A stretch of 64,000 nucleotides of DNA from Candidatus Micrarchaeota archaeon (GTDB lineage Archaea; Micrarchaeota; Micrarchaeia; Anstonellales; Bilamarchaeaceae). Position 1 is the first letter of the stretch. Each line of letters opens with the position of its first letter. Positions 1-10,306 of this stretch are shown piece after piece. The stretch covers positions 18,007 through 82,006 of the forward strand of contig CAZKHX010000001.1 of assembly GCA_964552755.1 (NCBI GenBank), read 5' to 3'. The notes beneath the pieces were generated by a model, which worked only from the letters and a program-made list of their open reading frames with translations, made no database searches and had not been told where the DNA came from. The position numbers and the translations under genes were made by a program.

Positions 1-182
1 TTCCTCCAGAGCCTGCTGTCGGGGATTCTCCGCACATCGGTGCGCTGCGCATTGGCTGCCTTGTTCATGGATATATATACCGTCAAAGACATATTTAAAC
101 ATTTCTCCCCACCTAAAAACCACCGAAACCCTTTAAAAACCACATAATTTGCTTTAAACCGCTTTCGGGCTATTGAATATGC

Positions 183-1634
183 ATGGCCATTCCGGGTGCA
201 GCCACCTCAGGCAAAATCCTCAGTGGGATAAAGGACGGCACCTACCAAAAGCTCGTCTACAGGAGGATACCCGCATTCGTCATGCTCTCCATGGGCATGC
301 GGGTGGGGGACGAGGAATCCAACCATAAGGAGCTCGGCTACCCTCACGTACTGCCCACCGACCTGAACGTGGGCAACACGGTCCTCTTCTCGAAGCAGGA
401 ATGGGACAGGGACTTCGAGGCGGTTTCCGCTATGGCGGAAAAAGACCCGAATTTCCTGCACAGGGTTCTTGAGGGCGGCACTGCGCTCGGGGAGAAGCTC
501 ATGGGCATGGGAGACGAGATATTCTCCACCAGTTTTGAAGGCGAGAGAGAAGTCCGCCTTTACGAAGAATTCGGCAGCTTCTACTTCGAATGGATAAGGA
601 TATTCAGCTACCTCGATTCCATCCTCAACATCGAAAAATATATTGAATCCAAAATGAGGCAAATCCTCGAAGTGCGGGGCTGCAAGGATGTGGAAGGCAC
701 CCTCTACGCAATGGCCAAGCCGTCCAAGAAGACAATCGACGCGAACGAGCGGCTGGACATGCTCCGCATCGCTTCGGAATGCAAGCAGGGAATAAGCGAA
801 GAGAAGCTCAGCGGGCTTATAGACGAACACATTGAGAAATACTGGTTCACCAGCTTCTCCTGGGGCTCCGGCTCCCCCATGAGCCGTGGGGACCTCCTAC
901 TGCGCATCAAAGAGGCAAAAGAGCCGGATGCGGAACTGGAGAAGCTCGCGTATGAGGAAGAGATGCAAATAGATGACATGGAACTACGCAGGTGGTCGGA
1001 CCTCGGCCGCGGCTACGCCTGGCTCCGCACCGCCCGGCACCAGGCCGCAAGTTTTTCCCTTGTGAAAGTCCAGCATTCCCTCCTGAAGGAACTTGGGAGG
1101 AGGAAAGGCATTGAGCCCTGGGACATATTGTGGTCTTACCCCGAAGAGCTCACAGAAGGCAACCTGCAGCCCGCTTCCGTGCTGCGGGAAAGGCAGCGCT
1201 TCCCTGTTTTTGGGACTCTGGAGGGTGAAGTTGTCAAACTATACGGCGATTCTGCAGAGGCCCTCGTGAAAGAGGTAAATAGGTTCTTTATCGGAGAAGT
1301 GGAATTTGCAAAGGGCATTGTTGCGAACAAGGTAATGAATATTTCCGGGAAAGCGAAAATAGTGCGCACCGCGGACGAAATCGGAAAAGTGGAGCACGGC
1401 GACATCCTGATAGCGCCCATGACTGCCCCTTCCTTCGCGCCCGCGCTTGAGCGCGCCGCGGCATTCGTGACCGACGAGGGCGGCATCCTCTGCCACGCGG
1501 CGATAATAAGCAGGGAGATGGGCAAGAGCTGCATAGTCGGCACCAAAAGCGCAACTGCAATTTTCAAGGACGGGGATGTAGTGGAACTGGACATAGACAA
1601 AGGGACAGTGAAGAAGGCAGAGCATTCTAAATAA
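183..1634 (+). CDS. PEP-utilising enzyme mobile (swivel phospho-His) domain protein, copy 1; no ATP-grasp domain
   Basis: C-terminal TDEGGILCHAAIISRE motif; helical N-terminal region with HIEKYWF motif shared with the next two genes. Confidence 0.85.
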   Translation: MAIPGAATSGKILSGIKDGTYQKLVYRRIPAFVMLSMGMRVGDEESNHKELGYPHVLPTDLNVGNTVLFSKQEWDRDFEAVSAMAEKDPNFLHRVLEGGTALGEKLMGMGDEIFSTSFEGEREVRLYEEFGSFYFEWIRIFSYLDSILNIEKYIESKMRQILEVRGCKDVEGTLYAMAKPSKKTIDANERLDMLRIASECKQGISEEKLSGLIDEHIEKYWFTSFSWGSGSPMSRGDLLLRIKEAKEPDAELEKLAYEEEMQIDDMELRRWSDLGRGYAWLRTARHQAASFSLVKVQHSLLKELGRRKGIEPWDILWSYPEELTEGNLQPASVLRERQRFPVFGTLEGEVVKLYGDSAEALVKEVNRFFIGEVEFAKGIVANKVMNISGKAKIVRTADEIGKVEHGDILIAPMTAPSFAPALERAAAFVTDEGGILCHAAIISREMGKSCIVGTKSATAIFKDGDVVELDIDKGTVKKAEHSK

Positions 1635-1656
1635 TCTTGCGGGCATAGGTGAGCCA

Positions 1657-3207
1657 ATGGAAGAAATGCAGCTTTTGGGAAAAGTGGACCTCAAGCAGGA
1701 ATGGACGCACAAAAGCTTCCATGGGATACTGCACACTTTTTTCCCTGCGGCAGAGGAAGCGTTCAAGCCCCTCAGGGACTATTATGGTGACTCCTTCACC
1801 AGCCATGTTTTCTTCGTCTCAGAAGACCATGCAAACTGGTATTGGAATACCACGGACATGAAGCGGATGCGGGATTCGCTCATAGCAAAAGTAAACGAAG
1901 ACCCGTCCTTCCTCGATAAGCTGCAGGAGGACTGGCTTGTGCGCGTGAAGGCATTTGAGGAAGCGATGGCAGAAGTTGGTTCGACCGACCTTTCAAAGCT
2001 TGATAATGAGGAGCTTTTCAGCCTTTACAAGAAGCTATACCTGGCATATTTGGATGAGTTTGCCCTGTGCACAGGCCTTCAAGAGTCCTTTTCCATGCAT
2101 GCAGATGAGCTTGTGCTGCCCGCGATAAAGAAGTTCCTTGAGGAAAAGGGCATCGGAGATTATTTCGTGGAGTACTATTCCATCCTCACTGCCCCGGTAG
2201 ACGAATCCTTCATCTTCCAGGAGAGGTTCGACCTCCTCAGGATATTGGAGATGGTGCAGAAAAGCCCGGAATTGACGGATTTGTTCGGGAAGGATGCTGC
2301 GGAGATCGAAGAGGAATTGGAAAAACACAAAAAACTGAAAGCCATGCTGGAGGCGCATGCGGAGAAGTTCTACTGGGTGCAGAACAATTACGCAGTAGCC
2401 AAAGTCCTTGACATGAGGTTCTTCATCAACGAAGTCAAGCGCCTCCTTCTCCCGGAAAATGCAGTTGATGCATCCGGCGAATTGAAGAAAATGGAAGCTC
2501 AGGTCCCTGAAATAAAAGAGAGAAAGAAAAAGCTGATTGAGGAGCTCGGCATTCCTCAGGAACTTCAGAATCTGCTCCGGATAGGGGAAGTTTTCACCTA
2601 CATGCAAGACGTCAAGAAGAAATACACCCTCATCTCAAACCATTACCAGAAATTATTCAGGGATGAAATTGGGAAAAGGCTGGGGCTCAGCGAAGAGGAG
2701 ATGGACTATACTTATATCTGGGAACTTGAAGGGATGCTGATGGATGGGAAAGTGGACAAAGGGGCACTGCGCTCCCGGAAAAAAAATTGCATGGGCATCT
2801 TCACCTTGGGCGGCTACCAGATAATATGCGGCGATGAAGCCGGCAGGATTTATGACCGGCAATTCAGGATTAAAGCCAAGGCAGATGAAATACGGGGAGC
2901 TGTTGCCTCTAAAGGAATCGCGAGAGGGATAGTCCGGGTTGTGAGGAAGACCCACGATTTGGTGAAGGTAATGAAGGGGGACGTGCTGGTCGCAAGCATG
3001 ACCCGGCCCGAGATGGTTACTGCGATGGAGAAGGCCTGCGCAATAGTAACGGACGAAGGGGGGCTGACCTGCCATGCGGCAATTGTTTCACGTGAGCTCG
3101 GCATTCCATGCATAATAGGAACAAAAATCGCTACTACTGTCTTGAAAGATGGAGATGAAGTGGAAGTGAATGCGGACAAGGGAAAGGTAAAAAAGATATC
3201 CGGCTGA
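1657..3207 (+). CDS. PEP-utilising enzyme mobile domain protein, copy 2
   Basis: TDEGGLTCHAAIVSRELG; HAEKFYWVQNNY; SD-like AGGTGA upstream. Confidence 0.85.
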   Translation: MEEMQLLGKVDLKQEWTHKSFHGILHTFFPAAEEAFKPLRDYYGDSFTSHVFFVSEDHANWYWNTTDMKRMRDSLIAKVNEDPSFLDKLQEDWLVRVKAFEEAMAEVGSTDLSKLDNEELFSLYKKLYLAYLDEFALCTGLQESFSMHADELVLPAIKKFLEEKGIGDYFVEYYSILTAPVDESFIFQERFDLLRILEMVQKSPELTDLFGKDAAEIEEELEKHKKLKAMLEAHAEKFYWVQNNYAVAKVLDMRFFINEVKRLLLPENAVDASGELKKMEAQVPEIKERKKKLIEELGIPQELQNLLRIGEVFTYMQDVKKKYTLISNHYQKLFRDEIGKRLGLSEEEMDYTYIWELEGMLMDGKVDKGALRSRKKNCMGIFTLGGYQIICGDEAGRIYDRQFRIKAKADEIRGAVASKGIARGIVRVVRKTHDLVKVMKGDVLVASMTRPEMVTAMEKACAIVTDEGGLTCHAAIVSRELGIPCIIGTKIATTVLKDGDEVEVNADKGKVKKISG

Positions 3208-3218
3208 ATGGAATTCGC

Positions 3219-4781
3219 ATGAAGAGCGTAGAGGAAGTGAAGGAAGAAGCAAAGAAGGAATGGTACATACAAGGGTTCAACGGTGCTCCGAATTACATGA
3301 TGCTGGGCGAAGTTTCGGGGATTCGGGCATGCAACCGCATGAGCGGCTACGGCTACACGAAGTTTCTCTCGGAATACAGGAACGACTATTGCGATTTTGG
3401 GTATTACGCAAAGGACCTGGAGAATGTGGGGAGGGAATTCATGCGCAGGCAAAGGGAAAACCCTGCCTACCTTTCGGAAATGATAGCGAAATATGATGCG
3501 GAGGCGGAAAAGCTCTTCTCATTCGTGGAAGAGCTCAGGAAAAAGGACCTTTCCTCCCTCCCGGCCGGCGAGCTTATCGGCATTTACCAGGAATTGTTCA
3601 AGCGCTATTACGGGCCGCTCGGCTACGGCCACCTGCTGGAGGGCCTTGTGATAACCTCGGATGGGGTGATAAAGGCGAAGCTGCTGGACGTTCTGAAGAA
3701 GGCGAGGAGGGAAAGGGAGCTGAACAGGATATTTTCGGTCCTTACTCAGCCGGTTGAGCCGTCCTTCACCAACCTGCAGAACCTGGAGATGCTCAGGCTG
3801 GCAAAATACCTGAGGGACAACGGCTATGCAGGGCTGTTCAGGGGCTCTCCCGCGGAAGCGTGGGAAAAGCTTCCCGAAGGGCCGAAGGAAATGATATGGC
3901 GGCATGTTGAAAAATACTACTGGCTGAGGTGCAACTATGCCTCTGCCGTCCCGCTTGGGCCCGAGGACATAGTGGAGGAGCTTGCCGGGCTCGTGACCGA
4001 GTTGAATCTTGAAGAGCAGATAGAAGCGGAAGAGAAGCGCTATGCGCACATCCGCTCGGAAAAGGAAAAGCTGATGGAGGAGCTTGGCATGCAGGACGAA
4101 GAGCTCAGGTCCTACCTGTCCATGATGGAAACGGTTGCCAAGTGGCAGGACGACCGCAAGATTGAGATACTCGTCGGCATCGCAAACCTCGAGAATGTGC
4201 TTTCCGAAATCGTCCGCAGGTTCGGCCTTAAGCAGGAGCTGATGCGGTACTTAATCCATTACGAAGTGGATGAAGGCACCCTCAGGAAAATGACCAATGA
4301 AATGCTGGAAGAGAGGAGGGATGGCTGCGTAATCTATTCAGAACTGGTGGAAAAGGATGGGCTCCCCGACGTTGAAACCACAATTTTCACCGGGGACGAT
4401 TATAAGGCGCTGCACCGGGCCATCAGCGCGGCAAGAAAGGGCACGAGCGAGGACCTCCACGGGCTTACCGCTTCCACGGGAAAGGTTTCCGGCAGAGTAA
4501 GAATATGCAAGAGCCTTGAAAGCATCCGCGACTTTAAGGAGGGAGACGTGCTCGTTGCCTCCATGACAAGGCCGGAATTCGTGCCCGCGATGAAGAAGGC
4601 CGCCGCGATAGTCACGGACGAAGGCGGCATCACGTGCCACGCCGCCATAGTGAGCAGGGAGCTGGGGATTCCCTGCATAATCGGCACGAAGATGGCTACA
4701 AGGGTGCTCAAGGACGGGGACATCGTCGAGGTGAATGCCAACCACGGACTGGTGAGGGTGCTGGAGAAGAAGGAACAGTAA
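3219..4781 (+). CDS. PEP-utilising enzyme mobile domain protein, copy 3
   Basis: TDEGGITCHAAIVSRELG; HVEKYYWLRCNY. Confidence 0.85.
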   Translation: MKSVEEVKEEAKKEWYIQGFNGAPNYMMLGEVSGIRACNRMSGYGYTKFLSEYRNDYCDFGYYAKDLENVGREFMRRQRENPAYLSEMIAKYDAEAEKLFSFVEELRKKDLSSLPAGELIGIYQELFKRYYGPLGYGHLLEGLVITSDGVIKAKLLDVLKKARRERELNRIFSVLTQPVEPSFTNLQNLEMLRLAKYLRDNGYAGLFRGSPAEAWEKLPEGPKEMIWRHVEKYYWLRCNYASAVPLGPEDIVEELAGLVTELNLEEQIEAEEKRYAHIRSEKEKLMEELGMQDEELRSYLSMMETVAKWQDDRKIEILVGIANLENVLSEIVRRFGLKQELMRYLIHYEVDEGTLRKMTNEMLEERRDGCVIYSELVEKDGLPDVETTIFTGDDYKALHRAISAARKGTSEDLHGLTASTGKVSGRVRICKSLESIRDFKEGDVLVASMTRPEFVPAMKKAAAIVTDEGGITCHAAIVSRELGIPCIIGTKMATRVLKDGDIVEVNANHGLVRVLEKKEQ

Positions 4782-4807
4782 AAAAGATATCCGCCTAATC
4801 TATTTCC

Positions 4808-5719
4808 ATGAAGACTCTTGTTTCTGTTTCAGATTTGAGCAAGGAGGACATCCTGAAAATCCTCGACTATTCGGACAAGTTCGACACCGGGAAGCTTGAG
4901 CCCTACGGATATGCAAAGGGCAAGGCGCTCGGCATAGTCTTCCTGCAGGAGAGCCTGCGCACCTCCGCTTCCCTGAAAGTGGCGATGATAAAGCTGGGCG
5001 GCGGCTGGGTGGACTTTGACCTCAGCTATGTGAAGAGCGGCGAAGAGGACCTGGAGGACAGCCTCGTGGCGATTGCGCCCATGGTGGACATCATAGGCAT
5101 CCGCGGCCCGGCGGACATCGACATCGCGCCCATTGCGAAGGAGATAAGCACGCCGATGGTAAATGCGATGATAGGGATGGAGCACTCAATAGGCGTGATA
5201 TGGATGGCGTACACCGTATGGAAGCGCCTCGGGAAAATGGAGGGGCTGAACGTCGGGGTTTACGGGCTCAGCAGGTACTCCCGGCCGGCGATTGCGCTAT
5301 ACAGGATACTTTCAAAGCTGGGCGCGAACTTCATAGAGGATTCCATCATTGACGAAGCGGGCACGCAGCCGGAGCTGATTGGGGAAATAGAAAAGAACGG
5401 GGGCAAGTTCAGCAGGGGCAAGCTGGAGGATTTCATAGGAAAGGTGGACTTCCTCTTCGTGCCCGAAGGCCTGCCGGTGAAAGGCGCAGACCAGAAGATA
5501 GTGGATGAATTCAACAAAGGGTACAAGCCGCTGAACAATGAAATGCTCAAGGGGCTCAGGGAGGACGCGGTTTTCGAATACTCCATGCCCCGCGCATTGA
5601 CTGACGGGAGATTGGTTGCGGAAAAGGAAGTGGACTCGGACAAGCGCCTCATTACCTACGAGCTGATGGAAAAGGCAATCCCCGTGAACATGGGAATTTT
5701 CGCATGGTGCTTTGAATAG
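4808..5719 (+). CDS. Aspartate/ornithine carbamoyltransferase-fold protein with divergent active-site motifs
   Basis: LVSVSDLSKEDI start; FLQESLRT (cf. FxEPSTRT); GEEDLEDS; HSIG replaces HPxQ; YSMPR replaces HPLPR. Confidence 0.7.
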   Translation: MKTLVSVSDLSKEDILKILDYSDKFDTGKLEPYGYAKGKALGIVFLQESLRTSASLKVAMIKLGGGWVDFDLSYVKSGEEDLEDSLVAIAPMVDIIGIRGPADIDIAPIAKEISTPMVNAMIGMEHSIGVIWMAYTVWKRLGKMEGLNVGVYGLSRYSRPAIALYRILSKLGANFIEDSIIDEAGTQPELIGEIEKNGGKFSRGKLEDFIGKVDFLFVPEGLPVKGADQKIVDEFNKGYKPLNNEMLKGLREDAVFEYSMPRALTDGRLVAEKEVDSDKRLITYELMEKAIPVNMGIFAWCFE

Positions 5720-6729
5720 GATATGGCTCACGCTGAGTGCATCATTTTCCGAATAAAAATTCGGGGAAAAGATGACAACAGAAAATTTAGCGTATGTATT
5801 ATGCCTTTAGTAACTGCAGGCTGAAAGCCTCGCTTGCGCTAAGCTCTTACACCCCAGTTCTATCAAACGGATCTGTTATCCGCGGCCTTTGCTTATTCGT
5901 TTTGAGAGTGGCTTCGACCTTAGATGCTTTCAGGTCTTATCCACGTAGAGCGTAGCTGCCCAGCAATGCATTGATACAACTGGTCCACCAGAGGCTCCGA
6001 ATCCCTGTTCCTCTCGTACTCAAGGATCCTTACTCTCAATAAGCAACACTTCCTGAAGATACTACCGTACTGTCTCGCGACGTACTGAACCCAGCTCATG
6101 TGGGACTTTGATGGATGTACAACCCAACCCTTGGTGGCTCCTGCACCACCAGGATGTCCCAAGCCGACAGCGATGTACCAAGCCGCGAGGTCGATGTGTA
6201 CTCTCACCCGCGACGAGCCTGTTACCCCCAGGGTAGCTTGTTTGACAGCTTAAATCCCTACCAATAGGATATTAAGGTTCACTAAGCCCGGCTTTCGCCT
6301 CTGCGTTCCATGCTTTTAAGAACACAGTCAGCCCTGCATTTGTCTTTCACCCTCTACAGCGGATTTCTGACCCGCTTGAGCAGAGCATTGGGCACCCTTG
6401 TTTCCCTATCGAGGGCGTACCGCCCCAGCCAAACTATCCACCTGACGCTGTCCTCTTGCGAGTAAGCAATACCAGAATGATTAAGTGGTGTTACACTTTC
6501 GCCTCCACGCGGCCCGGAAGCCGCGCTTCGAAGGCTCCCACTTACTCTCGGTAACCACCCCGATACCACAACATCAGGCTATAGTAAAGCTCCATGGGGT
6601 CTTCGTTTCCCTCAGGAAGTCCCCGGCATGTTCACCGGGTAGTGAGTTCACCAGGTCCCAAGCAGGGACAGTGGGAGCGACGTTACGCCGTTCATGCAAG
6701 CCGCCAATTAAGCGGCGAGGTATTACGCT

Positions 6730-7418
6730 CACGTTGTTACTCGCTTCACAAGAAGCGGGGCCGGTCATTTCTGCCGGCCTCCGTGCATCGCTGCACGGGT
6801 CGGACTGTATCTTCGGCTTTCGCCGTCTAGCGTTCAGTCTCTGAGGATTCTAGATACTTCGGGATCGGTTTGCGGTTCATCTGGGAGATTATCCGGGCTA
6901 TCCGGTCGAGCCCTTCCCTCCGGAGGTGTTCCTTTTCCTCCATCATGGAAAGAACTTCTTCGAACAGCTCGAAGTTCCTGCGCTTGGAAGTCTGCAGCGG
7001 GTGTTCCTTGAAGAACTCAATGAGTTTCCTCAGGTTTTTCACCCCTCTCACCCGGAACTCCTTTCTGTCTCCATTGTTCTGGGTCACTTTGCCGAATCCG
7101 AAGTAATTCCGGATGCGGTAAAGAACTTCCTCATCGCGCTGGTGCTGCACCACCCTGAATTCGGGCAGCACAGTCCAACCGAGGGTCATTTTCCCGAGCT
7201 TGTTCAAAGCCACGTGGAAACAACCTTCTCCGTCGACGAAACCGGCAATCCACTCAGCATCCAGCCTTTCCTGCTGATTGCCTGCACCCATCGCTTTTTC
7301 ACCACCTTCACGAGCTCTGCAGCGGTTATTAACCGTTGCCTCACCGCATTTCCGGTGGTAGCGTGGGATACACAGGTATTCCAGCATATAGCTAGATTTT
7401 ACTAAGGCAACTTAATTC
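6730..7418 (-). mobile_element. Group I intron (689 nt) in 23S rRNA, at the position equivalent to E. coli L1931
   Basis: Inserted between ...CUUAAGGU and AGCGUAAU...; 5' exon ends in U, intron ends in G; guide GCCUUAG; core elements AUGCUGGAA, AAUCAGCAGG, UCAGAGACUGAA, AAGAUACAGUCC. Confidence 0.93.
6827..7291 (-). CDS. Intron-encoded single-motif LAGLIDADG homing endonuclease (154 aa)
   Basis: WIAGFVDGEGCF motif, FRVVQHQRD; GGTGGTGA Shine-Dalgarno before ATG at 7291. Confidence 0.93.
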   Translation of the reverse strand: MGAGNQQERLDAEWIAGFVDGEGCFHVALNKLGKMTLGWTVLPEFRVVQHQRDEEVLYRIRNYFGFGKVTQNNGDRKEFRVRGVKNLRKLIEFFKEHPLQTSKRRNFELFEEVLSMMEEKEHLRREGLDRIARIISQMNRKPIPKYLESSETER

Positions 7419-9570
7419 ACCTTAAGAGGGTCAGAGTTACCCCCGCTCTTTACCAGCCCTTCTTTCCCTTGGACAGGACTTTCAGGTACTGGCAGTGAGC
7501 AGGCGTCGACCATCGTACGCAGCCTTTCGACCTAGCGATGATCTGTGTTTTTGGTAAACAGTCGCACTCCTCCGGTCTGTGCCACCTGCCCTTTACACAA
7601 AGGCAGGCATCCCTTCTTCCAAAGTTACGGGACCATTTTGCCGAGTTCCCTTGCCTGGGTTATCCTGACACACCTGAGCCTTTTCAGCTAGGGGCACCTG
7701 TACTAGTTCTAGGTACGGTTTCAGAGGATCGGATCAGCTTCTTTTTCACGGGCCACTGGAATCAGCCGAAGAAATTCCCATTAAGGCCTTAATCCCCTTC
7801 TCCTCATAATAAGACTCCGGGGATTTATTGCCCGTAGACAGGGTCTCCCCTGCTCGGCCTATCCAAAAGCGTCGGAAACTGAACTTGCGTTGCCGCATCT
7901 ACCTCCAAAGGGCAGGAATATTAACCTGCTTCCCTTTCCTGCACTAGGAGTTACCTGTGCAGTTAGGATCGCCTAACCCTCAGCTGATTCACATGGCTGA
8001 GGAATCCGTGCCCTATCAGGTGTCCAGGGTTCTCACCTGGATATGCTGCTACTAACGCCAGGATATTCGTACCAGATCGGTCCACAGGAACTCACGCCCC
8101 TGCTTCTCACCAACCCGGTCGCCCCCCTACTCCATAGGCTTTTGGCCTGGGTAAGGTATCGGAATCCGGTTTAGCCCCGTCAATTTTCAGAATCTGCATC
8201 CTCGACTGGTCCGCTATTACGCGTTGTTTAGAGGGTGGCTGCTTCTGAGCCTACCTTCCAGCTGTCTTTGGATAGAGACTCCTTTACGATTAACACTTAA
8301 CCGGAATTTAGGGCCCTTAACCTCACGTACGGTCGTTCCCGTAAGGTTCTACAGGCTTACCCCGTAGAGCCCACCGCCTTCGTCTAAAGAGACAACGGAT
8401 TCGGAGTTTGATAGGAAAGTGACACCTTTCGGAGCCGCTCTTTCCAGTCAGTGCTCTACCCCGCTGTCATCCTCGGAAGACGCTGTGCTGAGACACATTT
8501 CGGAGGGAACCCGCTATTGCTGTGTTCGACAGGACTTTCACCCCTACACCCCGGTCACCCAAGGGGAATATACCACCACTGGTTGCGGGCTTCCACCAGC
8601 CGTCAGGCTGGCTTCACCCTGCCAAGGCGTAGATCACACAGCTTCGGGTCCGTAACATGTGACTGGTCCCCTTTTCAGAGGATGCCCCTCATTGCTTGCG
8701 GGCACTTGCTTTCGCTTCGGCTCTCGCCTTGCCACATGCCATGACTCCCTGGCTCTTGCTTCGAGAAGAAAGATACGACACTGGTTAAACCGCCTCGATC
8801 CCACCCTTGCGGGAGTTCACTTCGGCGGCCCTACCCTTTCGCGCCGTACCTGCCTGTTACCACGTAGTTTCAGGGTCTTTTCGCACCCCTCCCGGGGTCC
8901 TTTTCAGCATTCGCTCGCGCTACTCATTCGCTATCGGTCTAGTGCCCCATATTTAGACTTGGAGATTGGTCTCCCCATATTCCCGTCCTCAAGCCGGAGG
9001 ACGGTACTCTTCATGGATCGCTCCCTTCGCCTTCGCATACGGGACTGTCACCCGCTATGGTATGGCTTTCCATCCAACTTCTGCTCAGCTCAGGGATGCT
9101 CCCCGCCACATCTGCCCTGCATTGCTGCAGGGTATTCGGCTCGGTCTGACCGGCTTTCATTCGCCATTACTAACCGGATCCCAATTGGTTTCTTTTCCAC
9201 CCGGTACTAAGATGTTTCAATTTCCGGGGTTCTTACACCCTCAGCATAACCGAAGGTGCACCGTCAGATCCTAGGATCATAGCTTGCGTGCAGCTACCCT
9301 AGGCGTATCGCCGCTTACCGCGTGACCGTGCGGGCACCAGCCTAGCCATCCACTACGTGGATTGCAACATATCCAAACTTTCTGTTGCCATCTCTTCCTG
9401 AACGTGTTCGCGCATAAAGCGGTCTCAGTAGCTAATGAGCCGCAAAACCTTTTCAGGCCAATGCGCCGCTCTCCCCTGATTGAGGGGACAAGCTAAGTAG
9501 TCTCTTAGTCACCGCGCCATACATGCAGAGGGCGCTCAATAAGAGGTAAGCTAGATATATGAACATACGG

Positions 9571-9586
9571 CTATTTAAAGGTTTCG
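9571..9586 (-). promoter_or_regulatory. BRE/TATA promoter of the 23S rRNA gene
   Basis: Minus-strand CGAAACCTTTAAATAG about 200 nt upstream of the mature 5' end. Confidence 0.65.
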
Positions 9587-9691
9587 TCGGTCCGGAGACG
9601 GGCAGCAGCATTTTTCTTCCTTCTATAACGAAAGCCATTTAACCCCTATTTGCCATAAATAAGCAATTATGCTCGAGCGCATACCCTGATT

Positions 9692-9958
9692 GTGAAAGTG
9701 GTTGAAAAGAAAGAACACGGGGAGAATGGCGCAGCGAAGAAGCTGGAAGCGCTCGGAGTGGATCCGGCAAGCATATCCCGGAAAAAAGCTTCCATATCCT
9801 ATACTATCCTCGCCCTTTCAAAAGAAGGGGTTGAGCTGCCCATGTCCCTCTCGTTCCCCGATGTGAAGGCGGCAACGGAAGCAAGGCGGGCAGAGCTTGG
9901 GGGCGCGCGCATGGAGATGGCAGGGCGCCTCTGCTTCGGATTCAGCCCGGTGCAATAG
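9692..9958 (+). CDS. Hypothetical protein
   Basis: 88-aa ORF with GTG start filling an intergenic gap; no recognisable motif. Confidence 0.45.
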   Translation: MKVVEKKEHGENGAAKKLEALGVDPASISRKKASISYTILALSKEGVELPMSLSFPDVKAATEARRAELGGARMEMAGRLCFGFSPVQ

Positions 9959-10025
9959 GCACATTACAAATTTTTCAGGAAAAACAAAAAACTTAAAAGA
10001 ATCGCGGAATTTATGCTCTCGGTGC

Positions 10026-10280
10026 ATGACCATGTTGAATGCAAAAAGCTTGGGTCTTGCTGCAGGTGTCCTTTGGGGGCTTTCAGTCTTCATAATGGCG
10101 CTTGTGGGAGTAACCGGGTACCTGGCAGGCCTAGTGGCCGGCCTCGGGACAGTGTACATCGGGTATCAGGAGGGAATCGTAGGTGCCATCATCGGGCTCA
10201 TCTACGGATTCATTGACGGATTCATCTTCTTCTACCTCCTCGGCTGGCTGTACAACATGTTTGAAGGCAAGAAGAAGTAG
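10026..10280 (+). CDS. Small Gly-rich 2-TM membrane protein
   Basis: MTMLNAKSLGLAAG...GAIIGLIYGFIDG...LYN; two hydrophobic segments; T-rich tract downstream. Confidence 0.75.
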   Translation: MTMLNAKSLGLAAGVLWGLSVFIMALVGVTGYLAGLVAGLGTVYIGYQEGIVGAIIGLIYGFIDGFIFFYLLGWLYNMFEGKKK

Positions 10281-10306
10281 GCCTTTCCATTTCTCCTTTT
10301 TCTTTT

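Larger units (their letters stand above)
5797..9366 (-). rRNA. rrl: 23S rRNA (ends approximate), interrupted by a group I intron; not linked to 16S or 5S in this window
   Basis: Reverse complement contains universal LSU motifs (GGUAACUCUGACCCUCUUAAGGU|AGCGUAAUACC, peptidyl-transferase region, sarcin-ricin AGUACGAGAGGAAC); about 2880 nt after intron removal. Confidence 0.97.

Noticed and set aside
1-68. Start of a minus-strand gene (MNKAANAQR...) leaving the window
   Set aside because: Too short to support a call.
183-4781. Calling these genes PEP synthase, PPDK or PTS enzyme I
   Set aside because: Only the mobile His domain is present; the ATP-grasp and PEP-binding barrel are missing.
6827-7387. 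186-aa version of the homing endonuclease
   Set aside because: The extension runs through the intron 5' core; the ATG at 7291 has a clear SD.
5920-9274. Short ORFs across the rRNA region
   Set aside because: They lie within 23S rRNA; only the LAGLIDADG ORF is credible.
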